From the NCBI GenBank assembly GCA_002189035.1, contig NEEC01000010.1, positions 2,666,001 to 2,730,000 of the forward strand: a stretch of 64,000 nucleotides of DNA, given 5' to 3'. Each line of letters starts with the position of its first letter. Position 1 is the first letter of the stretch. The DNA is from Utricularia gibba. Taxonomy: Eukaryota; Plantae; Magnoliophyta. This document shows, piece by piece, positions 36,933-49,221 of this stretch. Below the pieces are notes generated by a model. It saw nothing but the letters and a program-made list of their open reading frames with translations. It searched no databases and had not been told where the DNA came from. A program made the position numbers and the translations under genes.

Positions 36933-38366
36933 TCAAGAAGTGGAAAGTGTGAGGAAATCATCGATGAATCGGCCCAGAAAATGATCCGACGGCTCTTGTT
37001 TCAGCAGAGCCTTCCTGCTCTTGTCCTTCAAATCTTTGACTTTGACTCGTATTGGATTTTCCAGATCCATCAACTCAATGATAGCAGTGCTGATCTTCTC
37101 TGCCGGGATAACCACACCGTCGCTACGCCGGTAATCGATCTTAATCTCCACCGCCATCTCAAATTCCTTCACCAGCTGAAACGCATTCGCCTGTTGTTCT
37201 GCCCCCAGCGGCCACGTCGCCAGAGGAACGCCGAACCAGACGCTTTCCAGTGTCGAATTCCACCCACAGTGAGAAACGAAGCCCCCAACCGCGGGATGAT
37301 CTAAAACTGCTATCTGCGGCGCCCATCCGATGACTTTTCCCCTGCCCTGTGTTCGATCTAGAAACCCTTCCGGGAGAACGTCTCTGTGGTTCTCGTACTC
37401 TGTTGGGAACCCGACTTGCCCTTCCGGTGGCGGCCTTCTTAAAGCCCATAAAAAGCGGTGACCGCTAAGCTCAAGCCCGGCGGCGATTTCCTTCACTTGC
37501 TCCTCCGGGAAGGCACCGTTGGAACCGAAACAGAGGAACACGACGGAGGAGTCCGGTTGCTCGCCAAGCCAACTGATAATCTCATTGTATTGTGGCTTGG
37601 ATCTCTCAGCTTCGTCGGGACCGTTCTGGAGAATTGGCCCGACGGGGTAAAAAGGCGGCAGCTCGCGGTCGTCCCAGAGCCCCTGGATTGCATAGCTCTC
37701 AAAATCAAGAAAAGTGTTACCCAGAATTCCTCTGGTTCGTCGGAATCCACGAATCATCTCAAAGAACATCGTTTCCATTTGTTCGTGAAAGACTATTTCC
37801 GGCCAAACAGTGGGCGGAACTGGGTGTTTATAACCAGGAATCGTCACTGGTTCAGTGGAATTCTTGTATTTCAAGAACCCATCTACTTCTCCGAGGGCGT
37901 GGATACGAAACATGAGCCCAAGAACCGCAGCGCCACAGGTGAAAAACACATACGCTGGGATGCCCAATTCATCGGCTACATCAATCATGGGGGTACAAAA
38001 CATATCAATCACGAATCCCGCCGGAGAATTGGTCTCCCGCCGAGCCAGTATCTCACCTACAGTGTCTCTTACCGCCGGCTTCAGGCTCTCAATGAACTTT
38101 AGGATGAAAGCTGGTCCAATTTCAGTGGGCTTTGCACCTTCCTTAGGAGAGATCTCGATGAACTTTACCGGGGAATTGGATGAGGAATTGTTGATATAAG
38201 AGGACAAAGATATGTTGGTTTCCACGGGGAGTTTAATCACGAGAATCGTAACCTCGAGAGTGTGGTCGCGCTCCGCAAGGAGCTCCGCCTCCTTGACGGC
38301 GGCGACGAGATGGCTGATCATCGGAAAAGGGATAAAGAACAAACTTCCCCTCTTTGCGGAAGACAT
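36933..38366 (-). CDS. UGT71: UDP-glycosyltransferase, UGT71 family (group E), about 477 aa, intronless
   Basis: ATG at 38366 (MSSAKRGSLFFIPFPMISHL, catalytic His), IDMFCT, PSPG box WAPQIAVLDHPAVGGFVSHCGWNSTLESVWFGVPLATWPLGAEQ. Confidence 0.93.
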   Translation of the reverse strand: MSSAKRGSLFFIPFPMISHLVAAVKEAELLAERDHTLEVTILVIKLPVETNISLSSYINNSSSNSPVKFIEISPKEGAKPTEIGPAFILKFIESLKPAVRDTVGEILARRETNSPAGFVIDMFCTPMIDVADELGIPAYVFFTCGAAVLGLMFRIHALGEVDGFLKYKNSTEPVTIPGYKHPVPPTVWPEIVFHEQMETMFFEMIRGFRRTRGILGNTFLDFESYAIQGLWDDRELPPFYPVGPILQNGPDEAERSKPQYNEIISWLGEQPDSSVVFLCFGSNGAFPEEQVKEIAAGLELSGHRFLWALRRPPPEGQVGFPTEYENHRDVLPEGFLDRTQGRGKVIGWAPQIAVLDHPAVGGFVSHCGWNSTLESVWFGVPLATWPLGAEQQANAFQLVKEFEMAVEIKIDYRRSDGVVIPAEKISTAIIELMDLENPIRVKVKDLKDKSRKALLKQEPSDHFLGRFIDDFLTLSTS

Positions 38367-38518
38367 CTTCTTTCTTTCTTTTTCTCCCCCTCCGACGACC
38401 TCCTTTAGATGCGGATGAGGTGCTGTAGAGCAGACGAGAGACACTTGAATTTCTACTAGTGCTCTCTCTCGTCACCTCCCACTTAAATGGCAATCATTTC
38501 TTGGACCACCAACACTAT

Positions 38519-38534
38519 CCCCCCCCCCCCCCCC
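38519..38534. repeat. C16 homopolymer (G16 on the UGT sense strand) about 150 bp upstream of the UGT start
   Basis: Read directly. Confidence 0.9.
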
Positions 38535-39654
38535 GGCATGAAAAGACAAGATTGCCCTCATCAACACTGTTCCTTCGGGCTAGCAGAGGGTTACTGGGTC
38601 CAGGCCCAAATCACAAAGGAATCGACCATACAATAAACTCGTATTTGATATACAAACAAATGTTTATTAGACATAATATATGATGTATAAAATATTTACC
38701 CATCATAAAAATTCAATTAGATATCCCTCACACAAATAGTTAGTATATTATATATAAAGATGATTATTTTTTACAAACATATAAATGAGAATAGTTATTC
38801 TTCAAAATAATCCATTTACTTGTCTGCAGGAGCAAAGTTGATAGATACTATGTTCAAGACCTCCTCGTCAAATCATAATATTCCGAACATATGCCAATTT
38901 TCATTCTTATTGAAAATCGAATTGATTCTCGAAAAATATTTCCGAATGTATTCTATATCTCTATTGTGGAACTAAGGCATATGAAGTCTATGCAAAGCAA
39001 AAGTAGGATACACAATCCATTTTTAACTCAACGCTATGCTTACCTACTCCACTTATTGAATAGGTGCCATTTTATAAGGACATGGACTCCTGCCTTAGTG
39101 AGACCGCAATATAGACATGGACTATAGGTTTAGAAATTTCATTTTTGGATGCCACATTCTAGTTTAAATTTATTAGTATTTTTATTTTAAATATAAATAT
39201 TTAAATATATTTAATTATAATTACCAAATTTGAATAATTTTTAAACTATACAATTTTTAAGAAACTAAATTGATTAATTATCCATTCCTTTAAATTTAAC
39301 ATTTCAAGCATGTTGATTCCTCCCAAATAACTAGCGAATAGAAATTTTTAGAGGTTAGTATATTAATATATTTAAATATAACATACTCAATTATAGTTAA
39401 TCTTTGATATCCAAAAATATAAATTTAAGTATGTAAATAATATAATATAATTAGTCCCTTTTTCCATTTTTATATATCACCCCTATACTCAAAAAATGAG
39501 TATGTAAATGAGATAATCATATAAGACTAACATATGTATACTAATATGCTTAAACTTAAATATAAACTTTTTATACGTGTAAATTTGACTTGGAAATGAA
39601 TAACCAGAGCTTCTTTGTAATTGTGACTTGATAACAAAACAATCAACAAGTGTA

Positions 39655-40733
39655 TTAAAGAGTTGGATAAGAAGCGGACATGGCGATTCCGCAGAGTCCT
39701 TCAGGTTTACCGACGTCCCTTTTCATCAAAATGTATCCTTTATCGCCCCAGTCGTCTCCCCATGAGTTCTTGACAATCCAGTAGTTGTTCAAATGGGCGT
39801 CGACGCCGTACCCTACAACCAGAACACCGTGGTCTAAATCCGTCCCGCAGGGCCCGGTGAACACTCCGTGTGAGTAGAATTGGAAAGCCGATCCACTGGA
39901 GTCAATCGCGACGGACACCGGTTGACTTGCCACGGCGAACGCTAGGTCAAGCTCACTGTTTCTGGTAACATCCTCGTAGCCGGTGATGGCGGCGTGGTTG
40001 AAGTAGCCTTCTACTGGTTTGCAGGATGACTGTTGTGGAGAATACGGGTAGTTGGATTCGACGGTGATCCGATTGTTTGCTATATATTTGAACGCATAGT
40101 CCATTGAACCTCCACTGCAGCCTTCATTGGGCGGCGAGTCGCAGTCAAGCAGCTCCTTCTCCGATAACGAGATGAGAACCCTCTCTTGATTGCAAGGATC
40201 CCCTCCGTAGCCCCGACTGCGGAAAAGGCCCAGCAGCTACCTGCATGTGTAAAACCCGTTATTCCCAGGATTTGACCCTCCCTTAAAGAAACAATAAAAC
40301 AACTACCGCAGTCGCCCTGATCTTTGACAGGGGTGACAGCTCCCAAATGTGTCCAGTTGACGTAAGGAGGAAGATGCATCAGATTCATGTTATGACGGCG
40401 ATTCACAGGGGTGCCGGTGAGCGACTCCCTTCTTCTTATATACCCATTCCTGCGGGCACGAAACTCGTCGTTGGTGAGATCGGCGAACCTGTTCGCGGCC
40501 AGCCTGTAAGAGAGGCCGGCTGCATTAACAGAGTTGATGTATTCCACGTTGCGCTTGAAGATTGCGTATCTCTTAGCATGCTCTTCGTCGTCTTGGTAGG
40601 AGCGGCCGTATTTGGCCATCCAGCTCCTGTGCACTCTTACCATCTCGGCGTCAGGGGTTCTCCGACCCTCCGTCTCCGAAGCCAGTTGAACAAACAAAAA
40701 GAGCAGCGCGGAAAGAATGAAATTCCGTGCCAT
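39655..40733 (-). CDS. Papain-like cysteine protease 2 (SAG12-like), one -1 frameshift at about 40180; exons 40733-40307, 40240-39655
   Basis: Signal peptide, prodomain, GDCGSCWAFS, LDHGV, KNSWG; restoring one G gives IKRGVLISLSEKELLDC. Confidence 0.9.
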
Positions 40734-40900
40734 TCTCAACTGCTCAGAGAATGTAGGGATGCGATTGCAAGGGCTCTGAGTTTCTTATTTATAGAGAGAC
40801 ATCGTACATAAAAGGGCGGAAAAGTTGACGAAGGCAACATTATAAAATTGAAATTCTGCGTAGCTTAGAGCAGATTTGCGTTGATTATTTTTATTCTAAC

Positions 40901-41340
40901 TATTATAATAAACAATTCGATATCAACATTTGAAAGTTAAATAATAAATATATAAAAAATTAAAGATCAATTATAATTTAGATAAATTAATATTTTTTAA
41001 TGTAATTCACATTTTTTTATATACTTATACTTCATATATGTTTATCTTATTCATTAAATAGTTAATTTCAATATTATATCAAAATGTTTTACTCAATACA
41101 TGACTTGGATGACCAATACAAGTTTCATGTTTATCAGAATTTCGGTTAAAAAAACAAATAAATACATTAGATTTAGATAATAAAAATTATAAAAAAGCAT
41201 GTAATAATCTGATCAAATACAAGTTCAATTTGATGGCGGATATCGAAATAAATAATTCTATAATTTAAAGTAAAATAATTAAATATATGATAAATTAAAT
41301 TTTTAATGTAATCTATGTTTTTTATATATTTGTGATTGTT
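40901..41340 (+). mobile_element. Eroded full-length TRIM copy in the promoter of protease 2 (right boundary approximate)
   Basis: LTR TATTATAATA...TAATTTCAATA (to 41073), degenerate PBS, internal CATGACTTGGATGACCAA...CATTAGATTTAGAT, PPT-like TTGATGGCGGA, second LTR from 41241. Confidence 0.65.
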
Positions 41341-41666
41341 TATGCAAATAATTATTCCATTTTTGTCGATAATATTAAATTTGAAGGCGTGACTCTCATC
41401 GAGAACAAAAAAACAATTTTTCTAACTATTTTTCATCGATGCAGCACCACTGTCATAAATAGACAACGAAAACACTTTCTAACTAATAATACGGAATTAG
41501 AGATTCACTGCAGATTAAAAATGACAACAGACTACGGGTATGTTTGATCTCCAACAGTTTGGGTGAGAGCAGGACCAGGTGGACAGGGACTTATTACCAG
41601 TGGAAAATGGTTGAACTTAGACACTAGAATAACGATCAGTATCAATGACATGTAAATGCTTCCGAG

Positions 41667-42222
41667 TGTTGAAATTCAGGATCCGATGGGTCGGGCGAGC
41701 ACGCACGTGAAGTCCAAGTACATAAGAATTGTGAATTATAATAGAAAAGATTAGACCCAACCAATTACTTATGATATGTAGTTTTTTATATACTAGACTA
41801 TTCCACATTCATTTTTCAATGTGTGATTGCGTATTCTAACACCTGCCCTCAAGTCAAACTGGTCTGTGATCCGGTGATGACTTGCTCTTTTTTTTTGTGA
41901 TTGTAGGTAATGCTCGGATCATAGGTCGATCTAATTTTTTGTCGCCTAAGTCCAATGCATCTCCTTTTTTTTTTAATCAGGCCTGAGACCAATACGAAAC
42001 CCATCTTGACCACCCAAGCCGTGCCGCAAGGCAAACGCTCTGATACCATGTTGAAATTCAGGATCCGATGGGTCGGGCGAGCCCGCACGTGAAGTCCAAG
42101 TATATAAGAATTGTGAATTATAATAGAAAAGATTATACCCAACCAATTAATTGTGATATTTAATTTATTATATACTAACTATTCCACATTCATTTTTCAA
42201 TATGATATTGTGTATTCTAACA
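41667..42222 (-). mobile_element. Intact TRIM (terminal-repeat retrotransposon in miniature), 556 bp
   Basis: TG...CA LTRs 42049-42222 (174 bp) and 41667-41841 (175 bp), about 93% identical by hand; PBS TGGTATCAGAGC (tRNA-iMet) at 42037-42048; PPT TTGAGGGCAGG at 41842-41852; 207-bp non-coding interior; 5-bp TSD CCGAG/CCGAT. Confidence 0.93.
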
Positions 42223-42313
42223 CCGATAAGATGATTCGATAAAGCATTTTAGTGCATTATTTTGCTGTTCCAGACACCCATCCAGTGTCAAAACATTTTT
42301 GTGGCGTGCGCCT

Positions 42314-43413
42314 TCAGGAGGCAATCGGAAAAAAGGCAGACGCAGCGACTCCACAATGTCCTTCAGGACTTCCATCGTTTCGCTGCAAAAAGAAGTATCC
42401 ATTCTCCCCCCAGTCAACTCCCCATGAGTTCTTTATGGTCCAGAAGTCATCCCCGTCGTCACTAGTGCTGTATCCGACAGCTAGAACAGCATGGTTCAAA
42501 TCTGTGCTACAATTTCCTGTGAAAACTCCACTTTCATAAAACTGAATGCCTGATGCATCGATGGTCACCGATACGGGTTGCCACGCTACCGCAATCATCA
42601 ACGCTTCCTCATTGCTGTCAACGGCCTGGTAGTCGGAGATGTTGACGACGCCCTGAGATGCAGCATCGGCGTTGCATGTTTGATTGGTTCCTGCGTATGG
42701 ATAATTGTCCTCTGTTGTGATTCCATACTCTTCGATGTATTCGAACGCCCCTGCCAGTGACCCGCCTTGGCAACCATAACCTTCAAATTCAGTATCACAG
42801 TCAACAAGTTGCTGTTCTGATAACGACACAAGATTTCCGTTGGCGATGGCGTTGATCCCTTCTACTGCTCCCGCTACTGAAAAAGCCCAGCAACTACCTG
42901 CATAACCAACGGCTATTGTTAAACATTCTTCTTTCTTTCTGGGGAAGAAACTGAACTATTCACACAAAAGGGGAGGCAAGAACTGACCACAACTTCCCTG
43001 ATTCTTCACATCAGTGACAGCTCCATTTTCCCTCCAATCGACCTTGTCAGGGACTTCGTCTAGACTTCTGTTTCCATGGCGTGCCAGCGTAGTAGTCTTG
43101 TGTGTTTTCCTTGCTGCTACGTATCCGTTCAAACGAGCACGGAATTCCTCGCTTGTTATGTCAGCAAACTTGTTCGCAGCTAGCTTGTAAGACAGACCCG
43201 CCGCATTAACAGAATTGATGTACTGCACATTGCGCTTGAAGATTGCAAATCTATAAGCGCGTTCTGCTGCATTTCTGTAAACACGGCCATATTTTGCCAT
43301 CCACCCTGATGCATTTTCATCATCTTCGCATCAGGGGCTCCTCCAGCCTCCGCCCCGAAGGCGATCGTCATTAGCAGCACGGCAGTGGCAATGACAAACC
43401 GCACGGACGCCAT
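42314..43413 (-). CDS. Papain-like cysteine protease 3 (SAG12-like, acidic mature domain), one -1 frameshift at about 43305; exons 43413-42988, 42897-42314
   Basis: Signal peptide, GSCGSCWAFS, LNHAV, KNSWG; restoring one G gives MHQGWMAKYG as in the paralogues. Confidence 0.9.
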
Positions 43414-43868
43414 TGTCAAGTGTAAGAACAAGATTTGTATGAGAAACAAAGAAGCGGTGCGTGACTTGAAGTGCCCTGGAACACGTATTTATAGAGTTCT
43501 CTTGCCAAGAATATTCACCACTCGGTAAAACCCTCATTTAAGGCCCTACTTTTACCCTAGGACATGCGATCGAGGTAAAATCTCATCACGTTCTAAAATT
43601 CTCAGTGGATGTGCAGACGTAATCAAACTGTCTATTCCTTGCATCGCACCTATCTTGTAGACAGAAAATATTTCCAAGTCGTCATTCTACAGTTTTTTAG
43701 GCAGTATTATGAGAGAAAATCTCCCCGTATGAACCCTTAAGCATAATCCATCCCTTTGATAATGGTAAATTTTTCATGCTTTATTTATTTCACCCAGAAA
43801 AATCTTAGGAAACCCATAGTCCAAACTCAAACCATGAATTCAGAAATTGTTATTAAAAAGATCATAAT

Positions 43869-44034
43869 TTTTGAAATTAATGATTCAATGGAATACACGA
43901 ATACACCTAAAACCCAAATATACAAAAAACATAAATCATATATTGAGTCTAATTAATTATTAATGATTTATAATTTTTTTACATATTTTATTATTTAACT
44001 TTGATTTAAAGATATGTAATTACTTGTTCTAACA
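43869..44034 (-). mobile_element. Solo LTR of the TRIM family
   Basis: Minus strand TGTTAGAACAAG...TTAATTTCAAAA aligns along the whole TRIM LTR; flanks ATAAT/ATAAC (4 of 5 TSD match). Confidence 0.7.
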
Positions 44035-45806
44035 ATAACTAATCGTGGCAAAGCCTTTGGTGAACAAAAAAAAAAAAAAAGGCTAGGAACTGGAATAAGG
44101 AAAACCAGGACAGAGATACGAGGTAGACCCATTCTCCCAGAATTGTACATCAGTTAAGAGACAGGATACAGGTTTGAAATTTCAAAGATATGCGGCTACA
44201 ATGAACAGACGCGCAGTTCAAATTCAACCTTTCCGAGGTTAAATATTCCCAACTCGTTAATTAAGCAACGAGTAGAGACTCGAACAGGTCTTCGTAGCGA
44301 TAGTTATCAATTCATGGCATTAGATGCAGTGCTAAAAGCATTCCCAACTCATTAATAGCAGCATTCCCCTTCCTCCATTTCTTTTACTTAGATCTCATCT
44401 TTTTCAGTGTTCCACAAATTTCACTGTGAAAACATCAAGTAGACAGTAACTTGATAGAGAAACTTTTATATTTAAATAAATACATATTATATGATTATAA
44501 TTCAAAATATATCTAATACATATATTTAGAATAGATGAAAAAAAATAATTAAGATTTGATTAATTAAAAAAAACTTACATGAAATAAAAAATTTTGAAAA
44601 ATATAATTAGAAGCTGAGTTTTTAAATCTACCCATTAATCGGCGACTGAATGGTTTCAGTGGGTTTTTAGTAAGTTTCCGATTAATGGAACAATAGATTT
44701 CCGATTTTGTGAGATGTAATATTTAAATAATCATCATTATGACGTTTTATTTTTATTTAAAGTTATCACTTTTTTTTAATCGATCAAAACCGGATTTTGA
44801 ACCGAACTGGTCTCATACCGGTTCGATTTGTAATGCCGGTTTGAAAACATAGATTGGAAGTGTTATGCAAATGTTTTACAAATTGAAAGCACGACGTAGT
44901 TTTAAATACGCGTAAATACGAATCAGTAGATGTGTATTTGGACTTGGGCCGCGCTCACTTGTGTTGGAACACATTTGGGCTTGTTATACTTCATATTGGC
45001 TGGCCCATTCTACAAGCCTATTTTGATTATGTAAATATTTGTACTAATTTTTTTTATAGTTTAATATCAACTACTTGGTTATATACTAAGATAAATGGCT
45101 GTCACTTTCAAAAAAATATTTTTTTTATTTTACACTTTTTTTGATTGGTTTTCAGTCTTAGTTCAGCTGTATATCTATAAGTTATTTTATAATTTTTCAT
45201 AGCTGACTGATTTTTTAGAATAAATTATTTTCGGCCGATTTTTCATATGTATTACTTTTTTTCCTTGAAAATCGGAGTGAACGGTATTCACAGGTCGGCA
45301 GCCGCCGGAGTTGAAAATCCGGTAGCTGAAATTACCAGCGAAGCCCACCATTTTAACCGTGAGTTTTTACCCCAATTTATTCATTTTTTACCATACAAAA
45401 TATATATATAATATATACATCTAGTAAGTTTTACTGCATATTTCTTGGTAGTCATATGAGAATTTTACCATTGTTTGCTGTATAGCGTAAGAGAATTTGA
45501 GTAATGGAAACAGTGAGTGACATTACTTGCAACAATGATTTTAGAGAACAGAACACTGATTTTGTGCTTCTGTTTTTGCTTTCAATAACGAGAACGTCGT
45601 TATCAACGATATGTGATCATCCTCTTCCTATCCCTAGAGACTACACTACTCTAATGAAACCCCATTTTCAAACACAGGGAAACCAGAAATTAATCAATGG
45701 CAGCATCGGTAATCACGATTGGGTGTCGTGTTCCCTGGCTATAAAGTCCTCAATGGCTCTCTTTTATTACAGCATCCATATCACGTTTAATGAAACCATT
45801 GGAGCA

Positions 45807-47816
45807 ATGAAGGCCACGAAGGACACTTCTGATCATCTTCTTGTTCTTGTGCATGGTATCATGTCCAGGTAACCTCATTCATGTCTAAAAGAATCAAGGC
45901 CTGGTTGAGTTGAGCCTGTCGGCTGAATTCATTACACTATGAGTGACTCACATTCTAGCACAATCCCATGTAAGGGAAGCCTTTGGAATGGTGTCTTGCA
46001 TGGGTTTAGGGCAGATTTAGGCATCTTGTTTCATTGTAATGCGTCTAAAGCTGCACAATGGAAACTTATGCTGTTTTTTTTGTGACACAGCCCTGGCGAC
46101 TGGAGAAACTTCGGCGCAGACTTGAAAAGGAGGCTTGGGAAGAGCTTTCTGCTACATGGTAGGGTTTGTGATTGATGTATTTGATAAACCCGCCATGGAT
46201 GTAAACAACGTTATTTATGAAAACTTGTGCGTGCTCCTAACGTGCAGCAAGTTCGTGTAACATGTACCAGAAGACGCTTCAGGGGGTCGATGTAGCAGGA
46301 AGACGTCTAGCAGATGAAGTATGTAACTGAATTCAATTGGGTACTCAGAATCGAGTTAGAGTTCATTTCAATATATCTGTGTGTCCCAATTCTAACACTA
46401 GGATTGCACCAAGCTCAGGTTACGAAGGTTGCAAGAAGTCGAACGAATTTAAAAAAGATATCTTTTCTAGCGCATTCTCTTGGTGGCTTAATTGCTAGAT
46501 ACGCGATTGGCGTTCTTCACGATGCTGGTGCCATAGCTGGGCTTAAGCCTATCAACTTCATCACCCTGGCAACACCACATCTTGGAGTAAGAGGAAATAA
46601 GCAGGTACTGCTCTCCTTGTTTATTCTGTCTCTCTTCCTTACCATAGGTAACCCTCTGGGTGTGAATTTTGATCCAGCTTCCCTTCCTTTTGGGCGTGCC
46701 GTTGCTGGAGAACCTTGCTGCTGTCGTTTCTCCGATGATAATCGGGACAACAGGCCGTCACCTCTTTCTCGCCGATGAAAAGCTCGGCAAACCAGCTCTT
46801 CTACTGCGAATGGCATCAGATGGCGATGATGGCAACTTCATGTGAGTGATACACGTGGATTTTATCCTGACCACATGCTATGGTTGACTAATTAAATTAA
46901 TTTAAAATACAAAAAAATTGGAAAATTTACTAATTAAAATATATATATTTTTTGTTCATCTTTTTTTAAAAAAATATTCTGAATTTTAAAATATTGAATC
47001 TTATTATACTGCAGATCTGCCCTTGGGGCCTTCCAGCGTCGGGTTGTGTACGCCAACGTGTCATACGACTGTATCCATTGTTATCTTCCTAGTAAACATT
47101 TTTTAACAACTTTAACTCGTGTTTTTTTTAATGCAAAAGTAACCGTTTTTGGATGGAATCTTGTCGCTTTTTATTACAGTTTGTAAATTTTCATAACATT
47201 GCATAGATATGGTCGGATGGCGGACAGCCTCCATAAGAAGGGAAAATGAAGATGTTGCAAAGGTAACCGTAATTTTGTTACTGGATCTTAAATGGCATGT
47301 GGGTTATCGAATACACAGTCACAAGCGCTCATGCAGACATGCAACTCTGAAGTGGCTATTGCTAACCGAGGTTTATGTTATAATCTCAGTTGTATCCAAG
47401 GCTGCCACTGGCTGGGTACAAGCACATCGTCAGCGTGGAGCGATGCCCTCCAAAGGAAGTTTCTCAGATAAAGCGCACCATGAAGCATCATGAGATGGTG
47501 GAAGGTGTGCCTTTTTCGACATTCGTTTTCTGACCAAAACATTCGTTCAAAATCAGTTTCTTTTTGTTGGAGTTACAGAAGAAATTGTGAAGGGTTTGCA
47601 ATGTCTGGAATGGACGAAAGTGGACATCGATTTCGGATTCACATATGAGCCGTTCATGGCTCATGGTATAATCCATGTTAGCACGAAATCTCAGCTCTCT
47701 CTGTCTGTTTTTCCCTGGTTTGATTTCTGGATGATTCCCAGGTGAGATATTGGTGGCTTCATAACGCCGGGGCAGAAGTCATTGCTCATGTTGCTCACAT
47801 CATGATGAAACCCTAA
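45807..47816 (+). CDS. DUF676 alpha/beta-hydrolase (putative lipase); exons 45807-45868, 46091-46158, 46248-46318, 46419-46604, 46678-46841, 47015-47070, 47207-47262, 47390-47504, 47579-47676, 47742-47816
   Basis: DHLLVLVHGI, AHSLGGL nucleophile elbow, NFITLATPHLG, RVVYANVSYD, VGWRTASIRR, AHGIIH, LHNAGAEVIAHV; ten phase-consistent exons. Start uncertain (in-frame ATGs at 45753 and 45504; TATA at 45740 favours 45807). Confidence 0.88.
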
Positions 47817-48688
47817 ACACCATGAAGTTGAAACAACCAGAGATGGTAGCAGTTTGATCACTAGTACAGCGCTTTGTAAAACCCATTGCAGGTGATGCAA
47901 TGTTATATGCGATAGAATCAATCTGATAAAATCAGTTGTCAATAGTTTCAAGTTTATCAATTCGTGATTTAGTTTCGATTTCAAAAATTAGTATTGATCA
48001 TACAAATCGATAAACCTGGAACCAATCGGTTTCGATGTTCAACATTTTTTGACAGAGATTTATTAAGCAAAACCGATTAACACTCTAGACGATACTCAAA
48101 GATACTCATGAGACCAGAACAAAGGTAGTTAATTCGGTTCATAGCCGTTATGTTTCACAAGATGATTCCGAGAAGAATTAATTTAATGGGCCCAATTCAG
48201 GACGTAGGCCCAAAGGGCTCCGGCCCTATTCTGAGGAATCGGGCTTCTAGCCTTATTAGTTATATTGTATTTTCTCATTAGTGTTTAAATATACCACATT
48301 TTTTCTACGACAAAAAAAATAAAGAAATAAAATTGCTGTATTTTATTAGATGATATTTAGGTTGTCGGAAACATTGACCAGGGTTGTGGTGACCCCTTTT
48401 ACACTCATCATTTGCTAATAAATTAACACGATATTGCAATAAATACTGATCACCCCCTGTGGCATCATCCACAGGCCAAGAAATTAATTGTGCAATCAAA
48501 TAGCAAGCTTCACAAAGATTGTGCAAGTGAACCCATGTCCGAAAACTTCGGATTTGATCCAAAAAATTGGAATTTTGGGAAGATTTTATTTTGAAAAAAA
48601 AAAACCGAAATGCAAAATTTGCGGACGAACATCATTCGGCAAGCGTCTTTCTAATGTGGGGATTAGTGTTGGTTGGTGTGAGGTCATA

Positions 48689-48825
48689 TGTTAAAATTAA
48701 GGGTTTAAAAGTATACATAAAATTTTAACATACAAGAAATAAAGATATTATTAATGATTTATAATTTTTTTATATAATTAGTTATTTCAATTTAATTTTT
48801 CAATATGAAATTGTTTGTTCTATTA
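48689..48825 (-). mobile_element. Solo LTR of the TRIM family, internally deleted
   Basis: Minus strand TAATAGAACAAACAATTTCATATTG...CTTAATTTTAACA; flanks TCATA/TCATG (4 of 5 TSD match). Confidence 0.65.
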
Positions 48826-49221
48826 TCATGGACATAAGTTTAGGATCAAAGTTGATAATTTAATAGTGCAAAATAAAAGATTTGGACAACACAAGTAGGT
48901 TGTATAGTTTCGCACCCATCTAAATCATTTTATGTCTGATTCAAAAGTGAATGAAGATGGGTTCTAACCTCTGGGTCTTTGGAATTAGTTGTGATTGTCC
49001 GGAAGGGTTCTCATTTTTACAAGGAAGCATGTGGCATGGTCCCGGCCGGCAACCAGGCCAACAACCAAAGAGGGTTTTGAGTGGAGCACAGCGCAGAAGA
49101 GAAAAGCACACCCAATTTATCAGGCTTTTGTAGAACTAACTAAAAGAAAGTGTAAAAATATTTGCAGCAGACGATGACGCTTTGCCGTCTGGTTACTATT
49201 TGGAAAAGTAAGCCTACCGTT

